This document shows, in pieces, positions 30,783-39,939 of a stretch of 64,000 nucleotides of DNA. Source of the stretch: Candidatus Argoarchaeum ethanivorans (GTDB lineage: Archaea; Halobacteriota; Methanosarcinia; Methanosarcinales; EX4572-44); assembly GCA_905067555.1 (NCBI GenBank), contig CAJHIS010000001.1, forward strand, positions 8,611 to 72,610, written 5' to 3'. A program made the translations under genes and the position numbers. The first letter of the stretch is position 1; each line of letters begins with the position of its first letter. Under the pieces are notes generated by a model. It worked only from the letters and a program-made list of their open reading frames with translations, did not search any database and was not told where the DNA came from.

Positions 30783-32271
30783 GTTCATCGTAAAGATTGA
30801 CTACGAGCAATGCAAGCGATGCAAGCGATGTGTCATGAACTGTAGTTTCGGATGCATGCAATTCAAGGACAGGGTAATACCTGATCACAAAAAATGTGTG
30901 GCATGTCAACGGTGCGTTACATTCTGTCCTGAATCTGCGATAACGATTACTAAGAATGAATTATCCTACAAGGAGAATGCAAATTGGACGCCAGAAATTC
31001 GGCAGAACATTTTAAAGCAGGCAGAAACCGGTGGCATGATCCTTTCAGGGATGGGAAACCCCAGAGCTTACCAGATACTCTGGGATCACCTGTTAATCGA
31101 TGCATGTCAGGTCACCAACCCATCCATCGACCCGCTCCGTGAACCAATGGAACTGAGGACTTTTATTGGTAGAAAGCCTGAACGTCTGGAGTTTTCAGCG
31201 GATGAAAATGGCGAGATAGAACTTGCAACTGAACTTGGACCCCAGATCAAACTGGATATTCCGGTCGTGTTTGCAGCAATGTCCTATGGTGCGATCAGTT
31301 TGAACGCTCACAAAGCACTTGTGATGGCTGCCAAACAGTCAGGTACGCTTATGAACACAGGCGAGGGAGGACTTCACAAAGACCTGTACTCTTATGCAGA
31401 CAATATCATCGTTCAGGTAGCATCAGGAAGGTTTGGCGTGCACAGTGAGTACCTGAATACGTGCGTAATGGTCGAAATCAAGATCGGACAGGGTGCAAAA
31501 CCAGGTATAGGTGGGCATCTGCCAGGTGAGAAGGTAGGAGAAGAAATATCAAAAACAAGGATGATTCCAGTCGGGACAGATGCTATCTCACCAGCACCGC
31601 ATCATGATATTTATTCAATCGAAGACCTTTCCCAGTTAATCTACGCAATCAAAGAAACTACTGATTACACAAAGCCGGTTTCTGTCAAGATTTCAGCAGT
31701 GCACAATGTTGCTGCGATTGCAAGTGGAATTGTGCGTGCTGGTGCGGATATTGTCACGATAGACGGATTCCGCGGCGGTACCGGGGCTGCACCCATGGTA
31801 ATCAGGGATAACGTGGGAATTCCAATCGAAGTTGCATTGGCAGCGGTTGACCAGAGGCTTCGCGATGAAGGCATCAGAAACAACGCTTCAATTCTCTGTG
31901 CAGGGGGGATTCGAACAAGCGCTGATATGGCGAAGGCAATTGCTCTTGGTGCAGATGCGGTTGTTATCGGGACTGCCGCTCTTGTAGCAATGGGTTGTCG
32001 TGTCTGCCAGAAGTGCTACACAGGAAACTGTGCGTGGGGAATTGCTACCCAGAAGCCAGAGCTTGTCAGGAGGCTGGACCCACTGGTTGCTTCAGAGCGG
32101 CTTTCGAATCTCTTGAGGGCATGGGACCTTGAACTAAAGGAGATTCTCGGCTCTCTCGGCGTGAACTCCATTGAATCACTGCGCGGCAGCCGTGAACGAC
32201 TTCGTGGCATAGGACTGGATGAAATGACACTTAAGATCCTTGGAGTCAAACCAGCTGGGGTTGGACAATGA
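30760..32271 (+). CDS. archaeal glutamate synthase, FMN/[Fe-S] catalytic subunit with N-terminal 2x[4Fe-4S]
   Basis: 503 aa. It has CKRCKRCVMNC and CVACQRCVTFCP, then a GltS FMN-domain body (GEGG, KIGQGAKPGIGGHLPG, GGTGAAP). Confidence 0.9.
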   Translation: MISEIPPEFIVKIDYEQCKRCKRCVMNCSFGCMQFKDRVIPDHKKCVACQRCVTFCPESAITITKNELSYKENANWTPEIRQNILKQAETGGMILSGMGNPRAYQILWDHLLIDACQVTNPSIDPLREPMELRTFIGRKPERLEFSADENGEIELATELGPQIKLDIPVVFAAMSYGAISLNAHKALVMAAKQSGTLMNTGEGGLHKDLYSYADNIIVQVASGRFGVHSEYLNTCVMVEIKIGQGAKPGIGGHLPGEKVGEEISKTRMIPVGTDAISPAPHHDIYSIEDLSQLIYAIKETTDYTKPVSVKISAVHNVAAIASGIVRAGADIVTIDGFRGGTGAAPMVIRDNVGIPIEVALAAVDQRLRDEGIRNNASILCAGGIRTSADMAKAIALGADAVVIGTAALVAMGCRVCQKCYTGNCAWGIATQKPELVRRLDPLVASERLSNLLRAWDLELKEILGSLGVNSIESLRGSRERLRGIGLDEMTLKILGVKPAGVGQ

Positions 32272-33002
32272 AGATTGACTGCAGTGGCATGTACTATCGA
32301 AAACTGAACAAGATAATTCGTGATGCAGCAGAAGCTGGTGAGAGCGAGTTCATACTCGATCATGTAAATGGTCAGCGATATATTGGCAGCGGAATCAATA
32401 AGAAAATTAAGATTACCATCAATGGTGTGCCAGGAAACGATCTTGCGATGTTTATGAATGGCCCTTCAATCACCGTTAATGCCAATGCCCAGGATGGAAT
32501 TGCAAATACCATGAATGCAGGCGAAATCATCGTGCATGGAGATGCTGGTGATGTTATAGGATATGGTATGCGCGGCGGAAAGATATATATCAAAGGAAAT
32601 GTTGGATACAGAACCGGTATTCACATGAAAGAATACAAGAAAAAGGTGCCTGTGATCATAGCAGGTGGTGTTGCTTGTGATTTCTGTGCTGAATACATGG
32701 CTGGTGGAATTCTGGTTTTACTTGGTCTTGAGAAAGGGGGAGATATGCCAATTACTGGCGACTATCTTGGAACAGGCATGCACGGCGGTGTAGTCTATAT
32801 TCGCGGTGGGGTAGATGAGAACATGCTCGGTAAAGAAGTGAGTGTGCTTGAACTGGATGAGAAAGATCTGAAGATTCTAAAGAAGCACCTGGCTGAGTTC
32901 TGCGAGCACTTTGGGTTTGATTTGGAGGAGGTTATGAGCAAGCCTTTTGTTAAACTTCTTCCGGTATCGAGCAGACCTTATGGGAATCTGTATGCATATT
33001 AG
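32268..33002 (+). CDS. archaeal glutamate synthase, GXGXG-motif subunit
   Basis: 244 aa with repeated beta-helix GXGXG strings (HGDAGDVIGYGMRGGKIYIKGNVGYRTG). It overlaps the previous gene by 4 nt and ends with TAG. Confidence 0.88.
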   Translation: MKIDCSGMYYRKLNKIIRDAAEAGESEFILDHVNGQRYIGSGINKKIKITINGVPGNDLAMFMNGPSITVNANAQDGIANTMNAGEIIVHGDAGDVIGYGMRGGKIYIKGNVGYRTGIHMKEYKKKVPVIIAGGVACDFCAEYMAGGILVLLGLEKGGDMPITGDYLGTGMHGGVVYIRGGVDENMLGKEVSVLELDEKDLKILKKHLAEFCEHFGFDLEEVMSKPFVKLLPVSSRPYGNLYAY

Positions 33003-33074
33003 TTTGACCGTAACAGTTATACACAAAGATACGGTAAAAGGATAGTGACTACTTAATAACTAACAGGTGATAAC

Positions 33075-34400
33075 ATGACGACGACAAAAGATGATGTAAT
33101 GTCTGCAGTCGAGGAAAGAAATGTAAAGTTCATCAGACTGTGGTTCACAGATATTATGGGCGTACTCAAAAGTTTTGCAATCACGAAAGAGGAACTCGAA
33201 GGTGCGCTCGAGAATGGAATGGGTTTTGACGGCTCATCGATTGCTGGCTACCAGGACATCGAGGAGAGCGATATGGTTGCAATGCCGGACACCTCAACCT
33301 TCCAGGTGCTCCCATGGAGACCACAGGAGGATGCAACCGCGAGAATGTTTGTGAATGTACTGACCCCGGACAGGAAACCGTACGAAGGCGATCCAAGATA
33401 CGTCCTCAAGAGAAATCTTGAGCGGGCAAAGAAGATGGGGCTTTCGATGTTTACTGGACCCGAGCTTGAGTACTTCTACTTCAGAAGCTCAGAATCACCG
33501 GAAGTCCTTGATAAGGGCGGGTACTTTGATCTAACACCGCTTGACCTTGCCACCGATTACCGTAGAGAGACCGTGTTTGCGCTTGAGAAGATGGGAGTCC
33601 GTGTAGAATATAGCCATCACGAGGTTGCACCGAGCCAGCACGAGATTGATCTCAGATATACCGATGCTCTTGCCATGGCAGACAATGTGATGACGTATCG
33701 GCTTGTCGTAAAGGAGATCGCCCAGAAATTCGGCGTCTATGCAACATTTATGCCAAAACCAATCTTCGGAGAGAACGGGTCAGGCATGCACATCCACCAG
33801 TCGCTTTTTGCAGGTGATCACAACGCATTCTTTGACGCAGATGATGAGTACACGCTCTCTGATCTTGCAAAGGGTTATATCGCAGGACTGCTCCGCCATT
33901 CAAGAGAGATCTGTTCGGTCTTTGCCCAGAGCGTAAACTCATACAAGCGGCTCGTGCCTGGATTTGAGGCGCCTGTGTACATCGCATGGGCACGGCGGAA
34001 TAGATCAGCGCTCATAAGGGTTCCGATGTACCAGCCAGGAAAGGAACTTGCGACGCGGATGGAATACCGTGCAGCGGATCCGATCTGCAATCCATATCTC
34101 ACATTCTCTGTGATGCTTGCGGCAGGACTCGAAGGTGTCGAAAATGGATACGAACTGCCAGACCCACTGGAACGGAACATCTACACGATGACAGGATCTG
34201 AGAGAGAGAGTCTGGGTGTCGAAACGCTTCCGCAAAACCTTGGCGATGCAATCGCTGAAACCGAGAAGAGTGATCTTGTGCGACGGGCTCTTGGAGACCA
34301 CACCTTCGAGCGGTTCATCTCGCTTAAGAAACAGGAATGGGATGATTACCGGATACAGGTTACGCCTTACGAGATTACGAAGTTTCTGCCGATGATGTAA
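33075..34400 (+). CDS. glnA: glutamine synthetase type I
   Basis: 441 aa with classic GS strings (FTDIMG, GFDGSSI, NGSGMHIHQS, PGFEAP). AGGTGAT is upstream of the ATG. Confidence 0.95.
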   Translation: MTTTKDDVMSAVEERNVKFIRLWFTDIMGVLKSFAITKEELEGALENGMGFDGSSIAGYQDIEESDMVAMPDTSTFQVLPWRPQEDATARMFVNVLTPDRKPYEGDPRYVLKRNLERAKKMGLSMFTGPELEYFYFRSSESPEVLDKGGYFDLTPLDLATDYRRETVFALEKMGVRVEYSHHEVAPSQHEIDLRYTDALAMADNVMTYRLVVKEIAQKFGVYATFMPKPIFGENGSGMHIHQSLFAGDHNAFFDADDEYTLSDLAKGYIAGLLRHSREICSVFAQSVNSYKRLVPGFEAPVYIAWARRNRSALIRVPMYQPGKELATRMEYRAADPICNPYLTFSVMLAAGLEGVENGYELPDPLERNIYTMTGSERESLGVETLPQNLGDAIAETEKSDLVRRALGDHTFERFISLKKQEWDDYRIQVTPYEITKFLPMM

Positions 34401-34498
34401 GTTAAAATCGTAGAGATATGGCCAGTTACCGGGACGTGAACTCTTCGGTGTGGAAGCCTGGGTGTGTGCACGAGCGCTATCTAAAAATCCGAATGTTT

Positions 34499-34636
34499 TA
34501 TCACCGCGGGGAAGTGCAGAGAACTGGAAAGGCACCTCCTCTTTTTCCTCCTGATTGGCTTCGCGGTTAAATTCCCTGTTTTGATCCATACCTTTCGGTG
34601 TCAAGGATGTTGACCACACAGTATTCTGGCAGGTAC
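34499..34636 (+). repeat. about 140-bp intergenic element, copy 2
   Basis: Paralogue of 27716-27852 in the same orientation, located between glnA and the mptD-like gene. Confidence 0.8.
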
Positions 34637-34703
34637 CTTAAATGTGCTCTCTTGTAAAATTTAAGGAAGATGAATAATCCAGTGAATATGGAAATGCATT
34701 ATT

Positions 34704-35063
34704 ATGGAACATAGAATTATATCGTCAGGTGAACAGGCAGTATTTGAAGCAGGGATTAAGCTTGGAGCATTGTACCATCAATTCACAGGTGCCCCAATCA
34801 GTCCCGCAAGTGTTGATTCTATGGAAAAAGCCATAGAAGAAAGTATTGCTCTTCAACCTTATGTGATAAATATAACTGTGAAAATAGATCGCGACGTTAT
34901 AAACGCACGTTTAAATGAATTCGGGTACTGTGAAATCGAGGGAAGCATGCTGGATGTAACTCTCATAACGCGTGTTGGACGCAGCACAGCGACAGTGAGA
35001 TTGTCTTATGACAGCAAACTTGGGTATCCTTTAATGAAGATATTGCAAATAGAGGAAAACTGA
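34704..35063 (+). CDS. archaeal dihydroneopterin aldolase (MptD)-like protein
   Basis: 119 aa. The FEAGIKLGALYHQF string is as I recall for the MptD family, and mptA is nearby. Confidence 0.5.
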   Translation: MEHRIISSGEQAVFEAGIKLGALYHQFTGAPISPASVDSMEKAIEESIALQPYVINITVKIDRDVINARLNEFGYCEIEGSMLDVTLITRVGRSTATVRLSYDSKLGYPLMKILQIEEN

Positions 35064-35120
35064 TACAGTTCAACCTCGTGTGGAAATCCGCATAAAACCA
35101 CGAGATTTGAATTGTTACTT

Positions 35121-35810
35121 TTAATCCCGCAGAGTTGTAAACGGATCTGGAAAACCAGCCTCATCAAAGGCACGCTTGCGACGCATACAGGATTCACAGA
35201 CCCCACAGGGCAGAGCTTTTTCATTGTAGCACGACCATGACCACTGGAAAGGTGCATCGATACTCATGCCGAGCTTCACGATCCCGACTTTACTTAATGA
35301 TTGCAGTGGTGCGTACACGATAGGATGATTCAATGTGCCGTATTCAAGTGCCTTATTAAACAGCTCAACAAATCTTGTTGAATTATCAGGAAATGTAAAA
35401 GCTTCCTCAGAGTCAAAACCAGTGATTATTGTTCCATAGCCATAGTTTTCTGCAAAGGACGCAGCAATAGATAAAAATACCATATTTCGAGCAGGCACCC
35501 ACACCGCTTCGGCTGTTTTAAAAATAATAGAACTATTATCAAGTTCATCTGCACTGTTGATTGTTGGAACATCCATGTTAGTAGCAGTAAGCGCACTGTC
35601 AAACTCTGCGAGCCATGGCAGTTTAATGACCTGTTGAGAAACACCATAATGTGCTGCTATTTTTGCCGAATATTTAAGTTCATGCCTGCAAGCCCTTTGC
35701 CCATAATCGAAAGTAAGGCACAAAAGCTCATCAAACTCATCAAAAGCTTTTTTAAAAGCAACCACTGAGTCCATTCCGGAGGATAATAATACCACTGCGT
35801 TGTTTGTCAT
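35121..35810 (-). CDS. queC: 7-cyano-7-deazaguanine synthase
   Basis: PP-loop LLSSGMDS and a C-terminal Zn Cys cluster (CYNEKALPCGVCESCMRR). The start is set at MTNNAVVLL, while the track ORF extends 20 codons further. Confidence 0.88.
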   Translation of the reverse strand: MTNNAVVLLSSGMDSVVAFKKAFDEFDELLCLTFDYGQRACRHELKYSAKIAAHYGVSQQVIKLPWLAEFDSALTATNMDVPTINSADELDNSSIIFKTAEAVWVPARNMVFLSIAASFAENYGYGTIITGFDSEEAFTFPDNSTRFVELFNKALEYGTLNHPIVYAPLQSLSKVGIVKLGMSIDAPFQWSWSCYNEKALPCGVCESCMRRKRAFDEAGFPDPFTTLRD

Positions 35811-35885
35811 AATACTAATAGAGGTGTCATAGAAAAGTTTATACTTTACGATGCATCTACCAATAAGCAAAATTTGAGGTTATGT

Positions 35886-36362
35886 ATGGACATGTTTTCT
35901 CATATCAAAGACGACCACGTACAGATGGTTGATATAAGTGGAAAGAACGACTCAATAAGAATTGCTTCTGCAAGAGGGGATATTAAACTTCGCCCCCGAA
36001 CAATTGATGCAATAAGAAATCAGCAGGTAACAAAAGGGAATGTGCTTGCAACAGCACGAATTGCAGCCATTTTAGCAGTAAAAAAAACACCGGAACTAAT
36101 ACCCATGTGTCATCAAGTTTCCATCGACGCCATTGATATAAGTTTTGATGTGTCAAGCACAACCATAACTGTTGAGGTTATTGTAAAATCAGATGGTAAA
36201 ACAGGTGTTGAAATGGATGCTTTGACGGGTGTTTCTGCTGCTCTCTTAACGATCTGGGATATGGTAAAATCAGCAGAGAAAGACGAAACCGGCAACTATC
36301 CACTAACAATGATTCAAGAGATTAAAGTGATAAGTAAAACAAAAGAAGAAAAATCAGTTTAG
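35886..36362 (+). CDS. moaC: cyclic pyranopterin monophosphate synthase accessory protein
   Basis: MoaC strings (MVDISGK, ELIPMCH, GVEMDALT). The ATG at 35886 is preceded by GAGGT. The track uses an upstream TTG. Confidence 0.88.
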   Translation: MDMFSHIKDDHVQMVDISGKNDSIRIASARGDIKLRPRTIDAIRNQQVTKGNVLATARIAAILAVKKTPELIPMCHQVSIDAIDISFDVSSTTITVEVIVKSDGKTGVEMDALTGVSAALLTIWDMVKSAEKDETGNYPLTMIQEIKVISKTKEEKSV

Positions 36363-36374
36363 GTAGTTATAGTT

Positions 36375-37334
36375 TCAGCCCTCATTCCAAAGCTCGTCTC
36401 GCAGTTCTTTTATGGTAGCTGTTCGCTCTGCAAAAGCATTGTGTCTATGAATACTTTCTTCGTTGATCTGTTTGATCGTTATAATGGTATCGTCTGGTAG
36501 TTGTTTGAATTCTTTCACTATTTTTTGAGCCATGGTACGCACACAATCTTCTACGAATTTTGGATTGCGGTGTGCCTGTTCAACAAGGGCAGCTTCATCC
36601 CTCCTTTTCAAGAATTCATATACCGTTGCGCTCATCGAATCTTCTATGATGTGTATGATCTTGTCAAGTGGCACATTAACCCCATCGTGCACTTCTATTG
36701 TTATCGTGCCGCGACCGCGCTGGTTGTGTGTTGCCATTGGAATCTTTTCCAAGATTCTTTCTATTATTTCTTTTGAGATTCCAAGTTTTTCCAGTTCGTT
36801 GATTGCTTTATCCCGCATGATCTCCTGGGCACAGGGACATGCGGTGATGCCAAGAACTTCTGCTCCAATCAGTTTTCGAACAATCGTTTTTTCGCCCCTG
36901 ATTGCTGTAGCTTCTGCAATCATGTCAACAATCTCATGGCATGTCACCTGATCGTGAGGAGTTTTTCTTTTTATCGCATACTCACTTTTCATTCGAACCT
37001 CTGCCCGATTCGCATATTCGTGTTGATCCAGTAATTTTCTTGCTACTGCTCCACAAAGTTCTTCCACTTCATACACCGGGCTTTCAACAGCTTCTTCTAT
37101 CACACCATCCACTGCCTCGAAGTTTCGTGAAAGATTCGCACCCTTTCGATCCAGTGGTAAATCAACAAAAATATCAAAGGTAGAAATGAGTATAATTGGG
37201 CGACTATTCTTTCGAGTTATCTCTACGAGTTTTTTAACATTTGTGACGCCTACTCGTGTTAGGTTTACAGGAATCTCTGGTTTATTGGCTTGTACATCTG
37301 GTAAAGACACAACAGGCAACTCCTCCGGGTTCAA
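36375..37334 (-). CDS. mptA: GTP cyclohydrolase MptA (FolE2/type IB family)
   Basis: 319 aa. It has the LPDVQ N-terminal motif and a family-typical body (CPCAQE, HNQRG). The only in-frame start upstream of LPDVQ appears to be a TTG. Confidence 0.8.
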   Translation of the reverse strand: MNPEELPVVSLPDVQANKPEIPVNLTRVGVTNVKKLVEITRKNSRPIILISTFDIFVDLPLDRKGANLSRNFEAVDGVIEEAVESPVYEVEELCGAVARKLLDQHEYANRAEVRMKSEYAIKRKTPHDQVTCHEIVDMIAEATAIRGEKTIVRKLIGAEVLGITACPCAQEIMRDKAINELEKLGISKEIIERILEKIPMATHNQRGRGTITIEVHDGVNVPLDKIIHIIEDSMSATVYEFLKRRDEAALVEQAHRNPKFVEDCVRTMAQKIVKEFKQLPDDTIITIKQINEESIHRHNAFAERTATIKELRDELWNEG

Positions 37335-37576
37335 CCTCTTTTACGTATGATAACTGTTTCGGTTCTAAATCTAAAATTTTTAACGTATAGGAAAGTATAT
37401 AACGCATTTGCTTATTTTGCACTTGATTGCTGCGTAATCAAGAGTTCATTGTTATTTTCTGCAAAGCGTAAGCTTTGCAGTGCTTGTACATCTGGTAAAG
37501 ACACAACAGGCAACTCCTCCGGGTTCAACCTCTTTTACGTATGATAACTGTTTCGGTTCTAAATCTAAAGTTTTTA
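37288..37576. repeat. hairpin insertion (37383-37481) flanked by about 95-bp near-identical direct duplication
   Basis: 37288-37382 and 37482-37576 are offset by 194 nt and differ at about 1-2 positions. The insert carries CTTGATTGCTGCGTAATCAAG and CTGCAAAGCGTAAGCTTTGCAG. The duplicated block contains the mptA 5' end plus upstream DNA. Confidence 0.9.
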
Positions 37577-37581
37577 CGATT

Positions 37582-38358
37582 ATGATGCAGTCAATAAATA
37601 TATATTGCAGGGAGCATAAGTTGAGACCCATGCAACAGATAGATTTGCCAGGACTTAATTCCAAAAGTGCAATAGATGCCGGACTCGAGTACATAAAAAA
37701 TCTTTCTCCTGATAATGTTAAAAGTGTATCTCGTATCATCCAGGCACTTTCTCTTGGAAACGTAGACCCTTCCCTGCCATCTGCTCATGTGAGCTGGCTG
37801 ATTAAAGAGAAAAAAGATGACCACTGGGAAACGGATAGTGTTTTGCTGGATACGGCACGCGCTGTTTCGGCTCTCGCATCGTATGGGATTATATTTCCTG
37901 ATGTGAGCAGGTGGCTATTAAAGCAGCAGTTGGGTGATGGTTCATGGAATAACAATCTTACAGAGACTGCTTATGTGTTAATTGCACTTGGAGATGTAAA
38001 GGAGAGAAACACCAGTGGATGCAGATGGCTGGTAGGAAATCCAGAGCTTACATCCACCGGCACGACTGCTCTTGCCATTACTGCACTATGCAAACACGGC
38101 TTTAATGAAGGGGATTTTATTGATCGTAACGTGGTACTGCTCAGAGAGGGGCAACTTGCTGATTGTAGCTGGAAAAGCCTTGCTATATCCAACATGGTTG
38201 TTCAGGCACTATTTGCTGCTGGTGAAGAAAAGGCAGCAATTCGTGCAGTTCCCTGGATATTATCCCGGCAGCGCGAGGATGGCAGCTGGAAGAATAAAAG
38301 CGATAATACTGCTCTAACGCTCATCACTTTAAAGATGATTACAGCATGGAAAAAGTAA
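37582..38358 (+). CDS. prenyltransferase / squalene-cyclase-repeat (alpha-alpha toroid) protein
   Basis: Repeated Q..DGSW-type motifs (QQLGDGSWNN, RQREDGSWKN, LADCSWKS). The start is moved to the ATG at 37582 because 37480-37576 is the duplicated antisense mptA 5' region. Confidence 0.65.
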   Translation: MMQSINIYCREHKLRPMQQIDLPGLNSKSAIDAGLEYIKNLSPDNVKSVSRIIQALSLGNVDPSLPSAHVSWLIKEKKDDHWETDSVLLDTARAVSALASYGIIFPDVSRWLLKQQLGDGSWNNNLTETAYVLIALGDVKERNTSGCRWLVGNPELTSTGTTALAITALCKHGFNEGDFIDRNVVLLREGQLADCSWKSLAISNMVVQALFAAGEEKAAIRAVPWILSRQREDGSWKNKSDNTALTLITLKMITAWKK

Positions 38359-38420
38359 TAATACATGTGGTTATAGTGAAGCTGTGGAAGGCATTGTTCC
38401 TCGATAAATAAGTGATATTT

Positions 38421-39920
38421 ATGAAAGTGACGAAATCTTTATGTCCTGAATGCCATAAAGTTATAAAAGCGGAAATTTTTGAAGATTCCGAAGGGAAAAT
38501 AAAAATTAGAAAAACCTGTGATGTTCATGGAGTATTTGAAGACATCTACTGGTCTGATGCAGAGCTATACAAAAAATTTGAAAAGTACTGGTACGATGGC
38601 AGCGGGATCAGTGAGCCAAACACATCACTAAATAACAACTGCCCATATAATTGCGGTATATGTAAAGATCATAAAACAACAACAATTCTTGCTAATATTG
38701 ATGTGACCAACCGATGTAATCAGCACTGTCCTATATGTTTTGCAAATGCTGCAAGCGCTGGATACGTTTACGAGCCCACGATTGAGCAAATAAAAGATAT
38801 GCTGACTGGTCTTCGAAACCAGAAGCCAGTTCCATGTCCGGCAGTTCAATTTGCAGGTGGGGAGCCAACAGTGCGAGAGAATATCGTTGAAATCGTGCAG
38901 GCTGCAAGTGATATTGGTTTTCCACAGATACAAATAGCAACCAACGGCATTAAACTTGCTAAAAGCGTGGAATTGTGTAAAAAACTTCGTGCTGCAGGTC
39001 TCAAAACAATATACCTTCAGTTTGATGGTCTGACTGAAAAACCTTATATAATAGCTCGCGGGTACAATGCACTCCCGCTAAAACTAAAGGCAATAGAGAA
39101 CTGCAGAGCAGCCGGGCTTGTCAGTATCGCTCTTGTGCCTACTGTTGTAAAAGGCGTGAATGATGATCAGCTTGGGGATATCATACGATTTGCTGCAAAG
39201 AACAACGATGTGGTAAAAGGTATTAACTTCCAGCCAGTCTCCTTTGCCGGGCGTATCGATAAAACCGAGCGTGAACGAATGCGAATTACCATACCTGATG
39301 TGTTGCACCTTGTAGAAGAGCAAACAGGAGGCGAGATTGCAGCATCTGATTTTTATCCAGTGCCGTTCATCTTACCTATTTCCCATTTTGTTGCATCTGA
39401 AAAGAATGAACCTTATGCCGAATTCTCAGTACATCCACACTGTGGCGCTGGTACTTATGTATATATTGAAAATGGAAAAATGATACCAATTACTCGCTTC
39501 ATTGATGTTGAGGGGTTGCTTGAATTCGTAAATGAACTTGCCATTGGAATAGAACGCAAAAAATATACAAAATCTTTCGGGAAGCTAACTGCTATTGGAA
39601 AACTCATAAAAGGCATCTCAAGGTTCGTTGATCCGGACCTTGCACCAAGTCAGGTCAATGTAAGAAAACTTTTCATTGACGTTCTTAAAGATGGGACTAA
39701 TGAAGCTACAAAAGAATTCCATCGCAACACTCTCTTCCTCGGAATCATGCACTTTCAGGACATGTACAACATAGATCTTGAACGAATACAGCGATGTGGC
39801 ATCCACTATGCGACACCAGATGGTCGAATAATACCATTCTGTACCTACAACACCCTGCACCGTGAAGAGGTGGAAAGAAAATTTGCACAGCCACTAAAAA
39901 CACCGGTAAAACATAAATAA
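38421..39920 (+). CDS. radical SAM protein with N-terminal zinc-ribbon, MJ0619/Tes (tetraether synthase)-like architecture
   Basis: CPEC...C..H ribbon, CNQHCPICF radical SAM cluster motif, about 500 aa. The specific family assignment is from memory of the architecture only. Confidence 0.6.
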   Translation: MKVTKSLCPECHKVIKAEIFEDSEGKIKIRKTCDVHGVFEDIYWSDAELYKKFEKYWYDGSGISEPNTSLNNNCPYNCGICKDHKTTTILANIDVTNRCNQHCPICFANAASAGYVYEPTIEQIKDMLTGLRNQKPVPCPAVQFAGGEPTVRENIVEIVQAASDIGFPQIQIATNGIKLAKSVELCKKLRAAGLKTIYLQFDGLTEKPYIIARGYNALPLKLKAIENCRAAGLVSIALVPTVVKGVNDDQLGDIIRFAAKNNDVVKGINFQPVSFAGRIDKTERERMRITIPDVLHLVEEQTGGEIAASDFYPVPFILPISHFVASEKNEPYAEFSVHPHCGAGTYVYIENGKMIPITRFIDVEGLLEFVNELAIGIERKKYTKSFGKLTAIGKLIKGISRFVDPDLAPSQVNVRKLFIDVLKDGTNEATKEFHRNTLFLGIMHFQDMYNIDLERIQRCGIHYATPDGRIIPFCTYNTLHREEVERKFAQPLKTPVKHK

Positions 39921-39939
39921 AATCAATGAGCAGCGGCTT

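Noticed and set aside
34005-34619. 204-aa minus-strand ORF.
   Set aside because: It lies antisense to the 3' part of glnA and runs through the 140-bp repeat element. The translation is low-complexity and there is no start context. It is a spurious shadow ORF.
37480-37581. 5' extension of the prenyltransferase-repeat ORF.
   Set aside because: This is the second copy of the 95-bp duplication, that is, the mptA 5' end read on the opposite strand.
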